From: Bacteroidota bacterium
GTDB lineage: Bacteria > Bacteroidota > Bacteroidia > Chitinophagales > BACL12
DNA length: 64,000 nucleotides
Reading direction: 5' to 3'
NCBI GenBank assembly: GCA_031372705.1
Contig: JANMLV010000097.1
Location: 8,316-72,315 of the forward strand
This document shows positions 1-7,913 of this stretch, in pieces (within the stretch, counting starts at the first letter, position 1; every line of letters begins with the position of its first letter). A program made the position numbers and the translations under genes. The notes beneath the pieces were generated by a model, which did not search any database, had not been told where the DNA came from, and was given only the letters and a program-made list of their open reading frames with translations.

Positions 1-93
1 ATAATTACCCCAGTGTGGGTTAATAATTTCATGTGACAGGTAATTCCAATACCCGGAAAACGAATCAATTATTATTTGAAGATATTTATTCAT
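1..93 (-). CDS. Hypothetical protein, first 31 codons only (gene runs off the left edge)
   Basis: Open minus-strand frame from ATG (93) to the window edge: MNKYLQIIIDSFSGYWNYLSHEIINPHWGNY. Co-oriented with and directly downstream of the rhodanese/TauE genes. Absent from the ORF track because it is truncated. Confidence 0.3.
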   Translation of the reverse strand, partial: MNKYLQIIIDSFSGYWNYLSHEIINPHWGNY

Positions 94-172
94 GTTCAAA
101 TTAATAGGTTGCCGGCAAAATTAGCCGGTGATAATAGAACCTTGGGTTATGTATATCACACAAACCTTTACA

Positions 173-715
173 TTATTCGTAAACTTTTTCGCCTTTTTTT
201 AACCAAATACCCCATTTGGGAGAATATGCATGCACTTTATTGGTTGCTGCTGCATTGCTATCGTAAATGGGCAAACCTTGATTTACCCATTCAAAAATGC
301 CACCGTATAAGTTTGTCGAATTTTTGAATCCTGCAATTTTTAACTTTTCAGTAATTTTTTCAGAGCGATAACCAACCGAACAATAAACTACAACTTTAGC
401 ATCTCGACTTACGCTATCGAGCCGCGATATATTAAAATCATCATAGCCAATCCAAATTGCATTTTTAATATGACTAACATTATACTCAGCTTTTTCGCGT
501 GCATCTAAATAAACTAAATTAGAATCTGCAGGAATATCAGCTATACCCATTTCCGGAACATTATGTGCCAGCAATGTTGATAGCATCAGGTCAAAACTTT
601 TACTTTCTACATGAGCTTGGGCCTGTACATTTTTGATTGTCACAAAAAGTGATACAACCAAAATCAAGATTGCAACAATTATCATTTTTTTACTCATTTT
701 ATAACGAGATTTCAC
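173..715 (-). CDS. Secreted rhodanese-like sulfurtransferase domain protein
   Basis: N-terminal hydrophobic signal segment. Rhodanese-type active-site loop CSVGYRS followed by GGIFEW near the C-terminus. Confidence 0.8.
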   Translation of the reverse strand: MKSRYKMSKKMIIVAILILVVSLFVTIKNVQAQAHVESKSFDLMLSTLLAHNVPEMGIADIPADSNLVYLDAREKAEYNVSHIKNAIWIGYDDFNISRLDSVSRDAKVVVYCSVGYRSEKITEKLKIAGFKNSTNLYGGIFEWVNQGLPIYDSNAAATNKVHAYSPKWGIWLKKGEKVYE

Positions 716-727
716 CTATAGGATACA

Positions 728-1531
728 TTATATTTCAAGAAATAATTCCTCAATAATAATAAAAATGCCCATCAATAAAACAAACCACCCAAAAGCGCCT
801 TTTAATTTGTTACCGTTCACAAATTTACTCAACCAAGAGCCAAAAAGTATGCCTGTAATGGTGAGCGCCGAAAATGTTAACATAAAAGTCCAATCAATAT
901 GCTGTCCTGCCTGAATATCGCCCGCAAAACCCACCATCGATTTTATGGCAATAATTAATAAAGATGTGCCAATTGCCATTCGCATTGGCAATTTCGCAAA
1001 AACCACCAGTGCAGGAATTATAAGAAAGCCGCCACCTGCACCAACCAGTCCTGTTAAGGTTCCAATTACTATACCTTCGGTGATAATCATCGGATAATTA
1101 AAATGTAACTTTTCGTCATAAACAGGGTCTGCAATTTTGCGCTGACGAATCATGCTTATGGATGCAACAATCATAATAACCGCAAAAAACAACAATAAAC
1201 CAATATCTTTAGTTACGGCAAGGTTACCAATTTGAAATAAATTATCGGGAATTGCTTTCAATAAAAATGTTCTGGTTAAATAAACAGCAATTAAACTGGG
1301 GATGGAAAAAATGATAGCCGTTTTGTAACTAATTGTTTTCCTCCGCATATTAGGAATTGCGCCAATTAATGCTGTAAGTCCAACAATAAATAACGAATAG
1401 GCCGTGCTGAGTTCAGCTTCTATGTGAAATAAATAATACAGAACCGGAACAGTAAGAATACTACCTCCTGCTCCGAATAAACCGAGGGTTAATCCAACAA
1501 TTATAGCGCCTAAATAACCGAATACTTCCAT
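728..1531 (-). CDS. TauE/SafE (TSUP) family sulfite/anion exporter
   Basis: About 8 TM segments with duplicated GxGGG motifs (GLFGAGGSILTVP and GLVGAGGGFLIIPAL). Adjacency to a rhodanese gene is typical. Confidence 0.8.
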   Translation of the reverse strand: MEVFGYLGAIIVGLTLGLFGAGGSILTVPVLYYLFHIEAELSTAYSLFIVGLTALIGAIPNMRRKTISYKTAIIFSIPSLIAVYLTRTFLLKAIPDNLFQIGNLAVTKDIGLLLFFAVIMIVASISMIRQRKIADPVYDEKLHFNYPMIITEGIVIGTLTGLVGAGGGFLIIPALVVFAKLPMRMAIGTSLLIIAIKSMVGFAGDIQAGQHIDWTFMLTFSALTITGILFGSWLSKFVNGNKLKGAFGWFVLLMGIFIIIEELFLEI

Positions 1532-1564
1532 AAAAAAACCGCTTCGGCTTGGTGCCGAAGCGGT
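1532..1564 (-). terminator. Intrinsic terminator after the POT transporter pair
   Basis: 11-bp perfect stem ACCGCTTCGGC / GCCGAAGCGGT (1538-1548 and 1554-1564). On the minus strand it is followed by a T-run that runs straight into the TauE ATG. Confidence 0.6.
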
Positions 1565-1627
1565 GTAAAAATAGGATTATTATTTATAGTGCCGAGTAAC
1601 TTTTGTTACATCCACCCATTTTACTAA

Positions 1628-3157
1628 TTACCTTGTTGCTCCCATTAATCTTTTAATAACCGGCGACAAAGCCAAAAGTGCCACACCCGCAACAACGGCA
1701 TATAGAGCAAGTTGCTCGTAACCATTGGTATAACCAACCAGTTTTTCATAAGCAGTTGCATTATTGTCGGCAGCACTCATGCCTGCACCAAGTAATCCTG
1801 CAGCATATTGCCCGTAAGCACTTGCTAAGAACCACATACCCATCATTAAACCCTGCATTGGTTGAGGCGATAATTTTGTCATTAGCGACAAGCCGATTGG
1901 CGACAAGCACAATTCACCAAATGTAATAATGAAGTAACCTAAAGTGAATATTTCTAAAGAAGTTAAGCCTGTTTGCGTGTCGGCGAATTTAATGGTATAA
2001 TAAAATACATAAAACGCTGCAGCAAGTAACAAAAATCCTAATCCGAATTTAGCCCCTGCATTTGGTTCCTTCTTTCTTTTCGCAAGCCAAATCCATACTA
2101 ATCCGAGTAGCGGAGCAAACACAATAACAAATAATGAGTTTGCCGAGTTATTTACCACATTTGGATTAATTGGAATGCCAAACAATGAATTCTTTAAATT
2201 ATTAAAAGCAAACAACGATAATGAACCACCGCTTTGCTCAAAAAATGCCCAGAAGAAAATAGAAAACACGATAAATATTAATGCCGCAGTTAATTTTTTT
2301 CTGGCAACATTATCATATTTGCGCATTTCGAATAATACATACAGTAAAGCAGCAGGTCCAACAATATACATAACCATGTCGGTATAGTTGCTATTCTTTA
2401 CCAAGATTAAAATAAGTGGAATCGTAATTAATGAACCGACATAAGTTGCAATTTCATACATACGCTTTTTTGAAGCCGGCATGGCAATACTTAATGGCGA
2501 TAAACCAATTGGCCCCATTGTTTTTTGTGTAAACCAAAAAGTAATAATACTGATGGTCATCACCACACCAACTAAGCCGAATGCAATACTCCAAGAAACA
2601 TTTAAACCAAACCATACCATTATGATACCACCCATGAACGCACCCAAATTTATACCTGCATAAAACAAGCTGAAACCCGCGTCGCGCCTTGAATCGCCAT
2701 CTTTATACAATTGCCCCACCATTGTCGAAATATTGGGTTTAAAGAACCCGGTTCCTATAATTGAAAAGCAAATACCGATATAGAAAAATTCTTCGGGCGA
2801 AATAGCGATAATAAATCCGCCGGCAATCATCATTAATGCCCCCCAGAAAAGCGACTTTCTGAAACCAAGAATTTTATCGGCGAATAAACCACCAATAAAA
2901 GTAAATGCATAAACAAAAGCTTGAATGGCACCGTATTGTAAATTGGCAGCTTTATCGGTTAATCCTAATTGGCTCGCCATAAAAACTGTTAACATACCGC
3001 GCATTCCATAAAAGCAGAAACGCTCCCACATTTCAACAGTAAATAAATACCATAATTGCTTAGGGTATTTTCCTGTAAATGACTGAATTTTTTCCAATTC
3101 AGGGTCCACCGGTGTTGGATGTTGTGCTTTTAATATTTCATCAATTGGTTCACTCAT
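1628..3157 (-). CDS. Proton-dependent oligopeptide transporter (POT/PTR2 family)
   Basis: MFS topology with the POT signature ExxERFxYYG region (TVEMWERFCFYGMRGML) and FKPNISTMVGQLY. Confidence 0.85.
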   Translation of the reverse strand: MSEPIDEILKAQHPTPVDPELEKIQSFTGKYPKQLWYLFTVEMWERFCFYGMRGMLTVFMASQLGLTDKAANLQYGAIQAFVYAFTFIGGLFADKILGFRKSLFWGALMMIAGGFIIAISPEEFFYIGICFSIIGTGFFKPNISTMVGQLYKDGDSRRDAGFSLFYAGINLGAFMGGIIMVWFGLNVSWSIAFGLVGVVMTISIITFWFTQKTMGPIGLSPLSIAMPASKKRMYEIATYVGSLITIPLILILVKNSNYTDMVMYIVGPAALLYVLFEMRKYDNVARKKLTAALIFIVFSIFFWAFFEQSGGSLSLFAFNNLKNSLFGIPINPNVVNNSANSLFVIVFAPLLGLVWIWLAKRKKEPNAGAKFGLGFLLLAAAFYVFYYTIKFADTQTGLTSLEIFTLGYFIITFGELCLSPIGLSLMTKLSPQPMQGLMMGMWFLASAYGQYAAGLLGAGMSAADNNATAYEKLVGYTNGYEQLALYAVVAGVALLALSPVIKRLMGATR

Positions 3158-3184
3158 AAAATAGTATTTGCTGTTAAGATTAAA

Positions 3185-4921
3185 TTAATTCACTCCTTTT
3201 TCCTTCATCACCCCATTGAGCCATTTTAACAATGCAAAAAGCATAGCTGCGGCAAGCATTACCAGAATGAAATTGGTAAAGAAAAATCCGCCTTTATTAT
3301 CAGTTGCTTCGAAATTACTTGACAAAATTCCGGCCAATTTATTTCCTACTGATGTAGAGAGGAAAAATCCACCCATCATTAAAGCTGTTAAACGCGGTGG
3401 CGATAATTTACTTACTAATGATAGACCCATTGGCGATAAACATAATTCACCAATAGTAATAACACCATAAGTGGCTATTAACCATAAGCTGCTTGCTTTG
3501 TCGTTGGCAATATCTACAGACTTAACTGCAAGTACCATTACCAATGCACTCAATGCTGTAATAACTAAGCCGATTGCAATTTTTGTTGGCGTGCTGGGTT
3601 CTCTGCCCTTTTTGCGCATGAATCCAAAAACACCTACAACAAGTGGTGTAAGTAATACAACCCAGAACGGATTTATTGATTGATATAATTCAGTAGAAAA
3701 CAACTTCAAATCGCCGCCGGGAGCAGGTCTGTTTTCTTCAGGTAAATTTTCGAAATACCGGTGTGAAGCACTGCGAATGGCTATCTCATCGGAAATAGCT
3801 TTTGCGCCATCTTCATTACCTGCTGCGGTTAGTGAATCACGCGTAGCTCCAAGTCCGCCCAAATAATTTTCGAAAGTGGCTTCATCATATTCAACTGAAG
3901 GATGATAATTAACAGTTTGCGCCATACCTATTCCTTCTGCCACATTGGCAACACCGTCGCTCATTTTGCGATGTGAATATTCTTCAGCCCAAACAGTAAG
4001 TGCATCACCATTTTGATGGAATACTGCCCAGAAAATTACAATACAAGCATACACACTTAACAAGGCTGCAATTGGTCGTCTATCTTCTTTATCGGAAGAA
4101 AACATTAAGTATAAGAAAAATGCAACAACCGGAACGCATCCAAAAATAAATGCATCGTTGGTATCTGTTCCTAATATATTACCATCAAGATTGTCGGGAC
4201 CTGTTACGCCATTTATAAAATAACCTAATAAACCGAATCCAAACATTGGCAACAAAACTGCTCCCAAAATTTTACCGGTTGATAGGTCGCCCGGTTTTAC
4301 AGGTTTTAATACATCAGCTTCTTTTATATGTTTTGTTCCTGCTGCAAATATTATCAAACCAATTATCATACCGATACCTGCGGCGGCAAATGCAAATCCC
4401 CAACCGTAGTTGATGCGCATAAATGCTGCTACGAAGTTGCAAAGAAATGCACCTACGTTAATACCCATGTAAAAAATGTTATAACCGGCGTCTTTGTTTG
4501 CTTTATATTTATCATCGTTATACAAATTACCAACCATGGTAGAAATATTCGGTTTGAAGAAACCATTACCTAAAATGATAAGTAGCAACGATATAAAAAA
4601 CGCGTTCTCGTTGTGAATCGAAAGTCCCAAATACCCTGCAGCCATTAATGAGCCGCCAATAAATATGGATCTTCGGTAACCGAGAATCCTATCAGCAAGC
4701 AAACCGCCAATAAATGGTGTTAAATAAACAAGGCCGATGTAGGTACCGTAGATATCAGACTTTTTTTGTCCAGTAAAGCCCATTCCCCCGTTTTCCCATG
4801 CATCAATCATGTACAACGAAAAAATACCGAGCATTAAATAATAACCGAAACGTTCCCACATTTCGGTGAAAAAGAGCACATATAGCCCTTTTGGATGTAA
4901 TGGTGAGGTTGGTTGACTCAT
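3185..4921 (-). CDS. Proton-dependent oligopeptide transporter (POT/PTR2 family), long-loop paralog
   Basis: FTEMWERFGYYLMLG and FKPNISTMVGNLY motifs. Carries an extra central soluble insert relative to the downstream paralog. Confidence 0.85.
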   Translation of the reverse strand: MSQPTSPLHPKGLYVLFFTEMWERFGYYLMLGIFSLYMIDAWENGGMGFTGQKKSDIYGTYIGLVYLTPFIGGLLADRILGYRRSIFIGGSLMAAGYLGLSIHNENAFFISLLLIILGNGFFKPNISTMVGNLYNDDKYKANKDAGYNIFYMGINVGAFLCNFVAAFMRINYGWGFAFAAAGIGMIIGLIIFAAGTKHIKEADVLKPVKPGDLSTGKILGAVLLPMFGFGLLGYFINGVTGPDNLDGNILGTDTNDAFIFGCVPVVAFFLYLMFSSDKEDRRPIAALLSVYACIVIFWAVFHQNGDALTVWAEEYSHRKMSDGVANVAEGIGMAQTVNYHPSVEYDEATFENYLGGLGATRDSLTAAGNEDGAKAISDEIAIRSASHRYFENLPEENRPAPGGDLKLFSTELYQSINPFWVVLLTPLVVGVFGFMRKKGREPSTPTKIAIGLVITALSALVMVLAVKSVDIANDKASSLWLIATYGVITIGELCLSPMGLSLVSKLSPPRLTALMMGGFFLSTSVGNKLAGILSSNFEATDNKGGFFFTNFILVMLAAAMLFALLKWLNGVMKEKGVN

Positions 4922-5166
4922 GCGTATCCCTTTTTTTGGTGCTTAAAGATAAAAAGGTTTTACAAAGCACCTAATCTATGTCTCTCAATTCTTTGTTAGC
5001 AACGCCCTAAAAGGGCTGAGGTTTTGCGCCGAGATGACATTTAGTGCAAATGGTAACAAGCTGCATTTAGTGACCGCATGGTGTCAAAACCCTTTAAATT
5101 CAAGCCATTCAACGATTGGCAATCATCATAAAAACGCCACTATTTGCGGTAAGTACAGGTTTAGAG

Positions 5167-5174
5167 TACCTTTG
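5167..5174 (+). promoter_or_regulatory. Bacteroidota-type -7 promoter box for trmB
   Basis: TACCTTTG followed by CAC, matching TAnnTTTG, 27 nt upstream of the GTG start. Confidence 0.5.
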
Positions 5175-5200
5175 CACCCAATTTAAAACAAAATTTTAAG

Positions 5201-5890
5201 GTGAGAAAAAGTAAGCTACAGCGATTTGCGGAGTTGAACACGTTTCCAAATGTGTTGCAGAATTTTAATTTTTTGCAACCTATTGTAGTTAATCACGAAA
5301 ACAAACCCGTTGACCCGAAAGGCAAATGGAATAGTGATATTTTTAAAAACAACAATCCTGTAGTTTTAGAACTTGCTTGCGGAAAAGGAGAATACACCTG
5401 TGAAATGGCAATAGCCGACCCAAGCAGCAATTATATTGGAGTTGACATTAAGGGTAACAGGATGCACCGTGGAGCGAAACGCGCTATGGTAGAAAACATT
5501 GCTAATGCATTTTTTTTGCGCACCGATATTAATATTATTGCAACCTATTTTGCAGAAAATGAAGTAAGCGAAATTTGGATAACATTTCCTGACCCGCATC
5601 TCAAAAAAGGAAAAGAACAAAAGCGATTAAGCAGTGAACGATTTTTATCTTTTTATAAAAAGATTTTAAAACCAGGTGGTATAATTAACCTGAAAACGGA
5701 TGACCCTACTTTATATACATTTACTTTAGAAACTGTAGCTGAAGGAGATAATACTTTATTATATGCAGATGATGATATTTATAGCAAACCGTTAGTTCAT
5801 CCATTTTTAGAGATTAAAACGTATTACGAGAAAATGCATTTAGCGGGGAATAAAACCATTAAATATGTGCGGTTTAAAATTGGGAAGTAA
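5201..5890 (+). CDS. trmB: tRNA (guanine46-N7)-methyltransferase
   Basis: SAM-binding LELACGKGEY and the TrmB-typical WITFPDPHLKK...KRL motif. Confidence 0.85.
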   Translation: MRKSKLQRFAELNTFPNVLQNFNFLQPIVVNHENKPVDPKGKWNSDIFKNNNPVVLELACGKGEYTCEMAIADPSSNYIGVDIKGNRMHRGAKRAMVENIANAFFLRTDINIIATYFAENEVSEIWITFPDPHLKKGKEQKRLSSERFLSFYKKILKPGGIINLKTDDPTLYTFTLETVAEGDNTLLYADDDIYSKPLVHPFLEIKTYYEKMHLAGNKTIKYVRFKIGK

Positions 5891-5984
5891 GTTGCTATTT
5901 TCTCATACGCTGCTTATGAAACGCTAATGTTTCAGGCATTCCGGCACAGGCGAATGATATCTTGCTACCTTGTTTTGTTTTAAT

Positions 5985-6536
5985 TTAATTAGTTATTGAC
6001 TCCAACAATTCCGCTATCGCATCGAAGGATTTTATGCCGACTTCTTGTTCGGGAGAGCCTTTTAATTGGATGGCATTAATTGCAGTAATATCTATATTCG
6101 TTTCTGTAGATTCACTAAGGTCGAAAATATATTTTTCGTTGGAATTAATTAAAGATTCTTTTTCGGCGAATGGAATTATATAAAACAGCACTTCATTTAA
6201 TATAACATTCGGTTTTAATGTGCGTGCTATTATGGGGAGATTAAATTTTTGTGCAGTAGGAATAATTTGTTCAACAAAATCGCTATCCACTTCAATAACA
6301 TCCGGTTCAAAAAATTGAATAATATTATTGATGTTGTCTATATCTTGGTTGGCAAATTCTGCAACAATTTGAGGACCTGTAATCCAGCCTTTAATAGCGA
6401 GTGCATTTTGGGGAGATATATAATTTGGGGATTGCGGGTCGAAGCAAAATCCGATATAATTTACATCAAAAGCGGCAAAAAAACGTGCGTCAGTAAGATT
6501 GGTGATGGAACCTGCTTTTACAATTTTATTTAACAT
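5985..6536 (-). CDS. Phosphoribosylanthranilate isomerase (TrpF)-like protein, divergent and orphan
   Basis: The N-terminus KAGSITNLTDA...YIGFCFDPQSPNYISP resembles TrpF K(I/V)CGIT..DA...GAD.IGFVF...SPR.V. The Cys position is not conserved, and no other trp genes are nearby. Confidence 0.5.
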   Translation of the reverse strand: MLNKIVKAGSITNLTDARFFAAFDVNYIGFCFDPQSPNYISPQNALAIKGWITGPQIVAEFANQDIDNINNIIQFFEPDVIEVDSDFVEQIIPTAQKFNLPIIARTLKPNVILNEVLFYIIPFAEKESLINSNEKYIFDLSESTETNIDITAINAIQLKGSPEQEVGIKSFDAIAELLESITN

Positions 6537-6595
6537 GCTGCAATTTTCGGGAGGATTTATCAGATTTTTACGATAAAATCGAATTAATTTGCACT

Positions 6596-6973
6596 ATGGC
6601 TTCAAAATATGCGCCCGAAACATTTTTTGATCAGGTTTGGCAAGTGGTTAGGCTTATTCCGAAAGGAAGGGTGACTAATTATGGCAGTATTGCCAAATAC
6701 TTGGGAACAGGTTTGAGTTCAAGGATGGTTGGCTGGGCTATGAATGCCAGTCATCATGCAAAACCTAAAGTTCCGGCACACCGTGTAGTAAACAGGAATG
6801 GACTGCTTACAGGAAAAGCACATTTTAATCCACCTGAAAAAATGGTTGAGCTATTAGAAAAAGAAGGCGTTAAGATTAAAAACGACCAAGTTGTTGATTA
6901 CAAGTTGCTTTATTGGGATCCGGTTATTGAGCTTGGCGATCCGGATGTTCCGGGGCCGGGAGAGTTAGGGTGA
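6596..6973 (+). CDS. MGMT-family DNA-binding protein, alkyltransferase-like (ATL, no acceptor cysteine)
   Basis: The Ogt/Ada C-terminal domain pattern (GRVTNYGSIAK...VPAHRVVN) has PAHRV in place of the catalytic PCHRV. Confidence 0.75.
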   Translation: MASKYAPETFFDQVWQVVRLIPKGRVTNYGSIAKYLGTGLSSRMVGWAMNASHHAKPKVPAHRVVNRNGLLTGKAHFNPPEKMVELLEKEGVKIKNDQVVDYKLLYWDPVIELGDPDVPGPGELG

Positions 6974-6974
6974 A

Positions 6975-7735
6975 TTGTATTTTTTTCACGCGGAGAGAGG
7001 GAGAAATGCAAATGTGTTAATGTGCAAATGTACCAATGTGCAAATGTGCAAATGAAACAGCCGGCAATCCGATTCAAAAAATCATATGTTTTAATACATG
7101 CAATTTATGATCATTTTTTTCACGCGGAGAGAAGGTGAAATGCAAATTTGTTAATGTGCAAATGTGCAAATGAAACAGCCGGCAATCCGTTCAAAAACTC
7201 ATCTGTTATAATACGTGCAATTTATGGTCATTTTTTTCACGCGGAGAGAAGGAGAAATGCAAATGAATTAATGTGCAAATGTACCAATGTGCAAATGTGC
7301 AAATGAAACAGCCGGCAATCCGTTCAAAAAATCATCTGTTATAATACGTTCAATCTGTGTTTATTTATTCACGCGGAGAGAGGGAGAAATGCGAATGTGT
7401 TAATGTACAAATGTGCAAATGTGCAAATGAAACAGCCGGCAATCCGATTCAAAAAGTCATCTGTTATAATACGTTCAATCTGTGTCTATTTATTCACGCG
7501 GAGATAGGGAGAAATGCAGAACGTGGAGGGGTAAAAAGGTGGAGAAATGCAAATGTGTTAATGTGCAAATGTACCAATGTGCAAATGAAACAGCCGGCAA
7601 TCCGTTCAAAAACTCATCTGTTATAATACGTACAATTTATGGTCATTTTTTTCACGCGGAGAGAAGGAGAAATGTAGAGGTTTATGGTAGGGGGATGGGG
7701 AAAATGCGATATACGAAACTTGGCTGCCATTGAAT
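6975..7735. repeat. Tandem array of six 117-158 bp non-coding units with internal phased 8-mers
   Basis: The anchor TCACGCGGAGA recurs at 6986, 7120, 7237, 7369, 7494 and 7652. Every unit shares a GGAG-rich block, ATGTGCAA/ATGTACCA 8-mers, AATGAAACAGCCGGCAATCCG and TCATCTGTTATAATACG. Confidence 0.9.
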
Positions 7736-7783
7736 TATTATTAATAGGACAAAATTAATTTTACCTAAGTGAAAATTAATAAC

Positions 7784-7791
7784 TATATTTG
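7784..7791 (+). promoter_or_regulatory. -7 promoter box upstream of the lysA leader
   Basis: TATATTTG followed by CAC, an exact TAnnTTTGCAC match, identical to the rpsT box on the other strand. Confidence 0.55.
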
Positions 7792-7796
7792 CACCC

Positions 7797-7913
7797 ATGG
7801 AATTCAACTATAAACATAAATCTGCTAAGAAACGCATCCGGAATCGGTATGCTTAGCATATTTTATGTTTAAATAAAATATACAAGGCTTACCGAATTGG
7901 TAAGCCTTTTTTT
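7797..7913 (+). promoter_or_regulatory. Candidate lysA leader/attenuator or small RNA
   Basis: Contains a 19-codon mini-ORF (7797-7856, MEFNYKHKSAKKRIRNRYA). Two mutually exclusive stems are possible: 7812-7829 with 7852-7870, or 7858-7866 with 7873-7881. These are followed by an intrinsic terminator 45 nt before the lysA ATG. Confidence 0.4.
7884..7913 (+). terminator. Intrinsic terminator
   Basis: Perfect 10-bp stem AAGGCTTACC / GGTAAGCCTT with loop GAATT, followed by TTTTT. Confidence 0.75.

Noticed and set aside
4922-5200. Riboswitch or ncRNA in the 279-bp spacer between the POT transporter and trmB
   Set aside because: I found only short hairpins (GGTGCTT/AAGCACC and GCCC/GGGC), a CATTTAGTG direct repeat and one GTGCAAATGG half-motif. 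Nothing matches a motif I recognise, and there is no terminator. This is most simply the divergent promoter region.
7357-7733. Track ORFs 7357..7626 (89 aa) and 7482..7733 (83 aa), and the idea of tandem Cys-rich (CKC) precursor peptides or RiPPs
   Set aside because: These are translations of the repeat. The copies differ by 1-nt indels (CCGATTC versus CCGTTC) and by 8-nt steps, and two of the five spacings (125 and 158) are not multiples of three. No reading frame is preserved from unit to unit. The ATGs that follow the SD-like block open only 2-4 codon ORFs.
6975-7735. CRISPR array
   Set aside because: The whole 117-158 bp unit is repeated and there are no unique spacers between short repeats. 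The unit length is far outside the CRISPR repeat range, and there is no cas gene or leader in the window.
6986-7735. CsrB/RsmY-like GGA-rich sponge RNA, or a sigma70-type promoter (TGTTATAAT) in each unit
   Set aside because: GGA motifs and TGTTATAAT are present. However, I know of no CsrA-family protein in Bacteroidota. No -35 hexamer sits at 17-bp spacing (the sequence there is AATCCG), and the primary sigma factor of this phylum uses TAnnTTTG rather than TATAAT. I keep these as observations inside the main finding, not as calls.
7797-7913. Lysine (L-box) riboswitch upstream of lysA
   Set aside because: The element is only about 115 nt, and I cannot see the multi-helix junction or conserved L-box core. 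I report it only as a generic leader or attenuator candidate. A cmscan run would settle the question.
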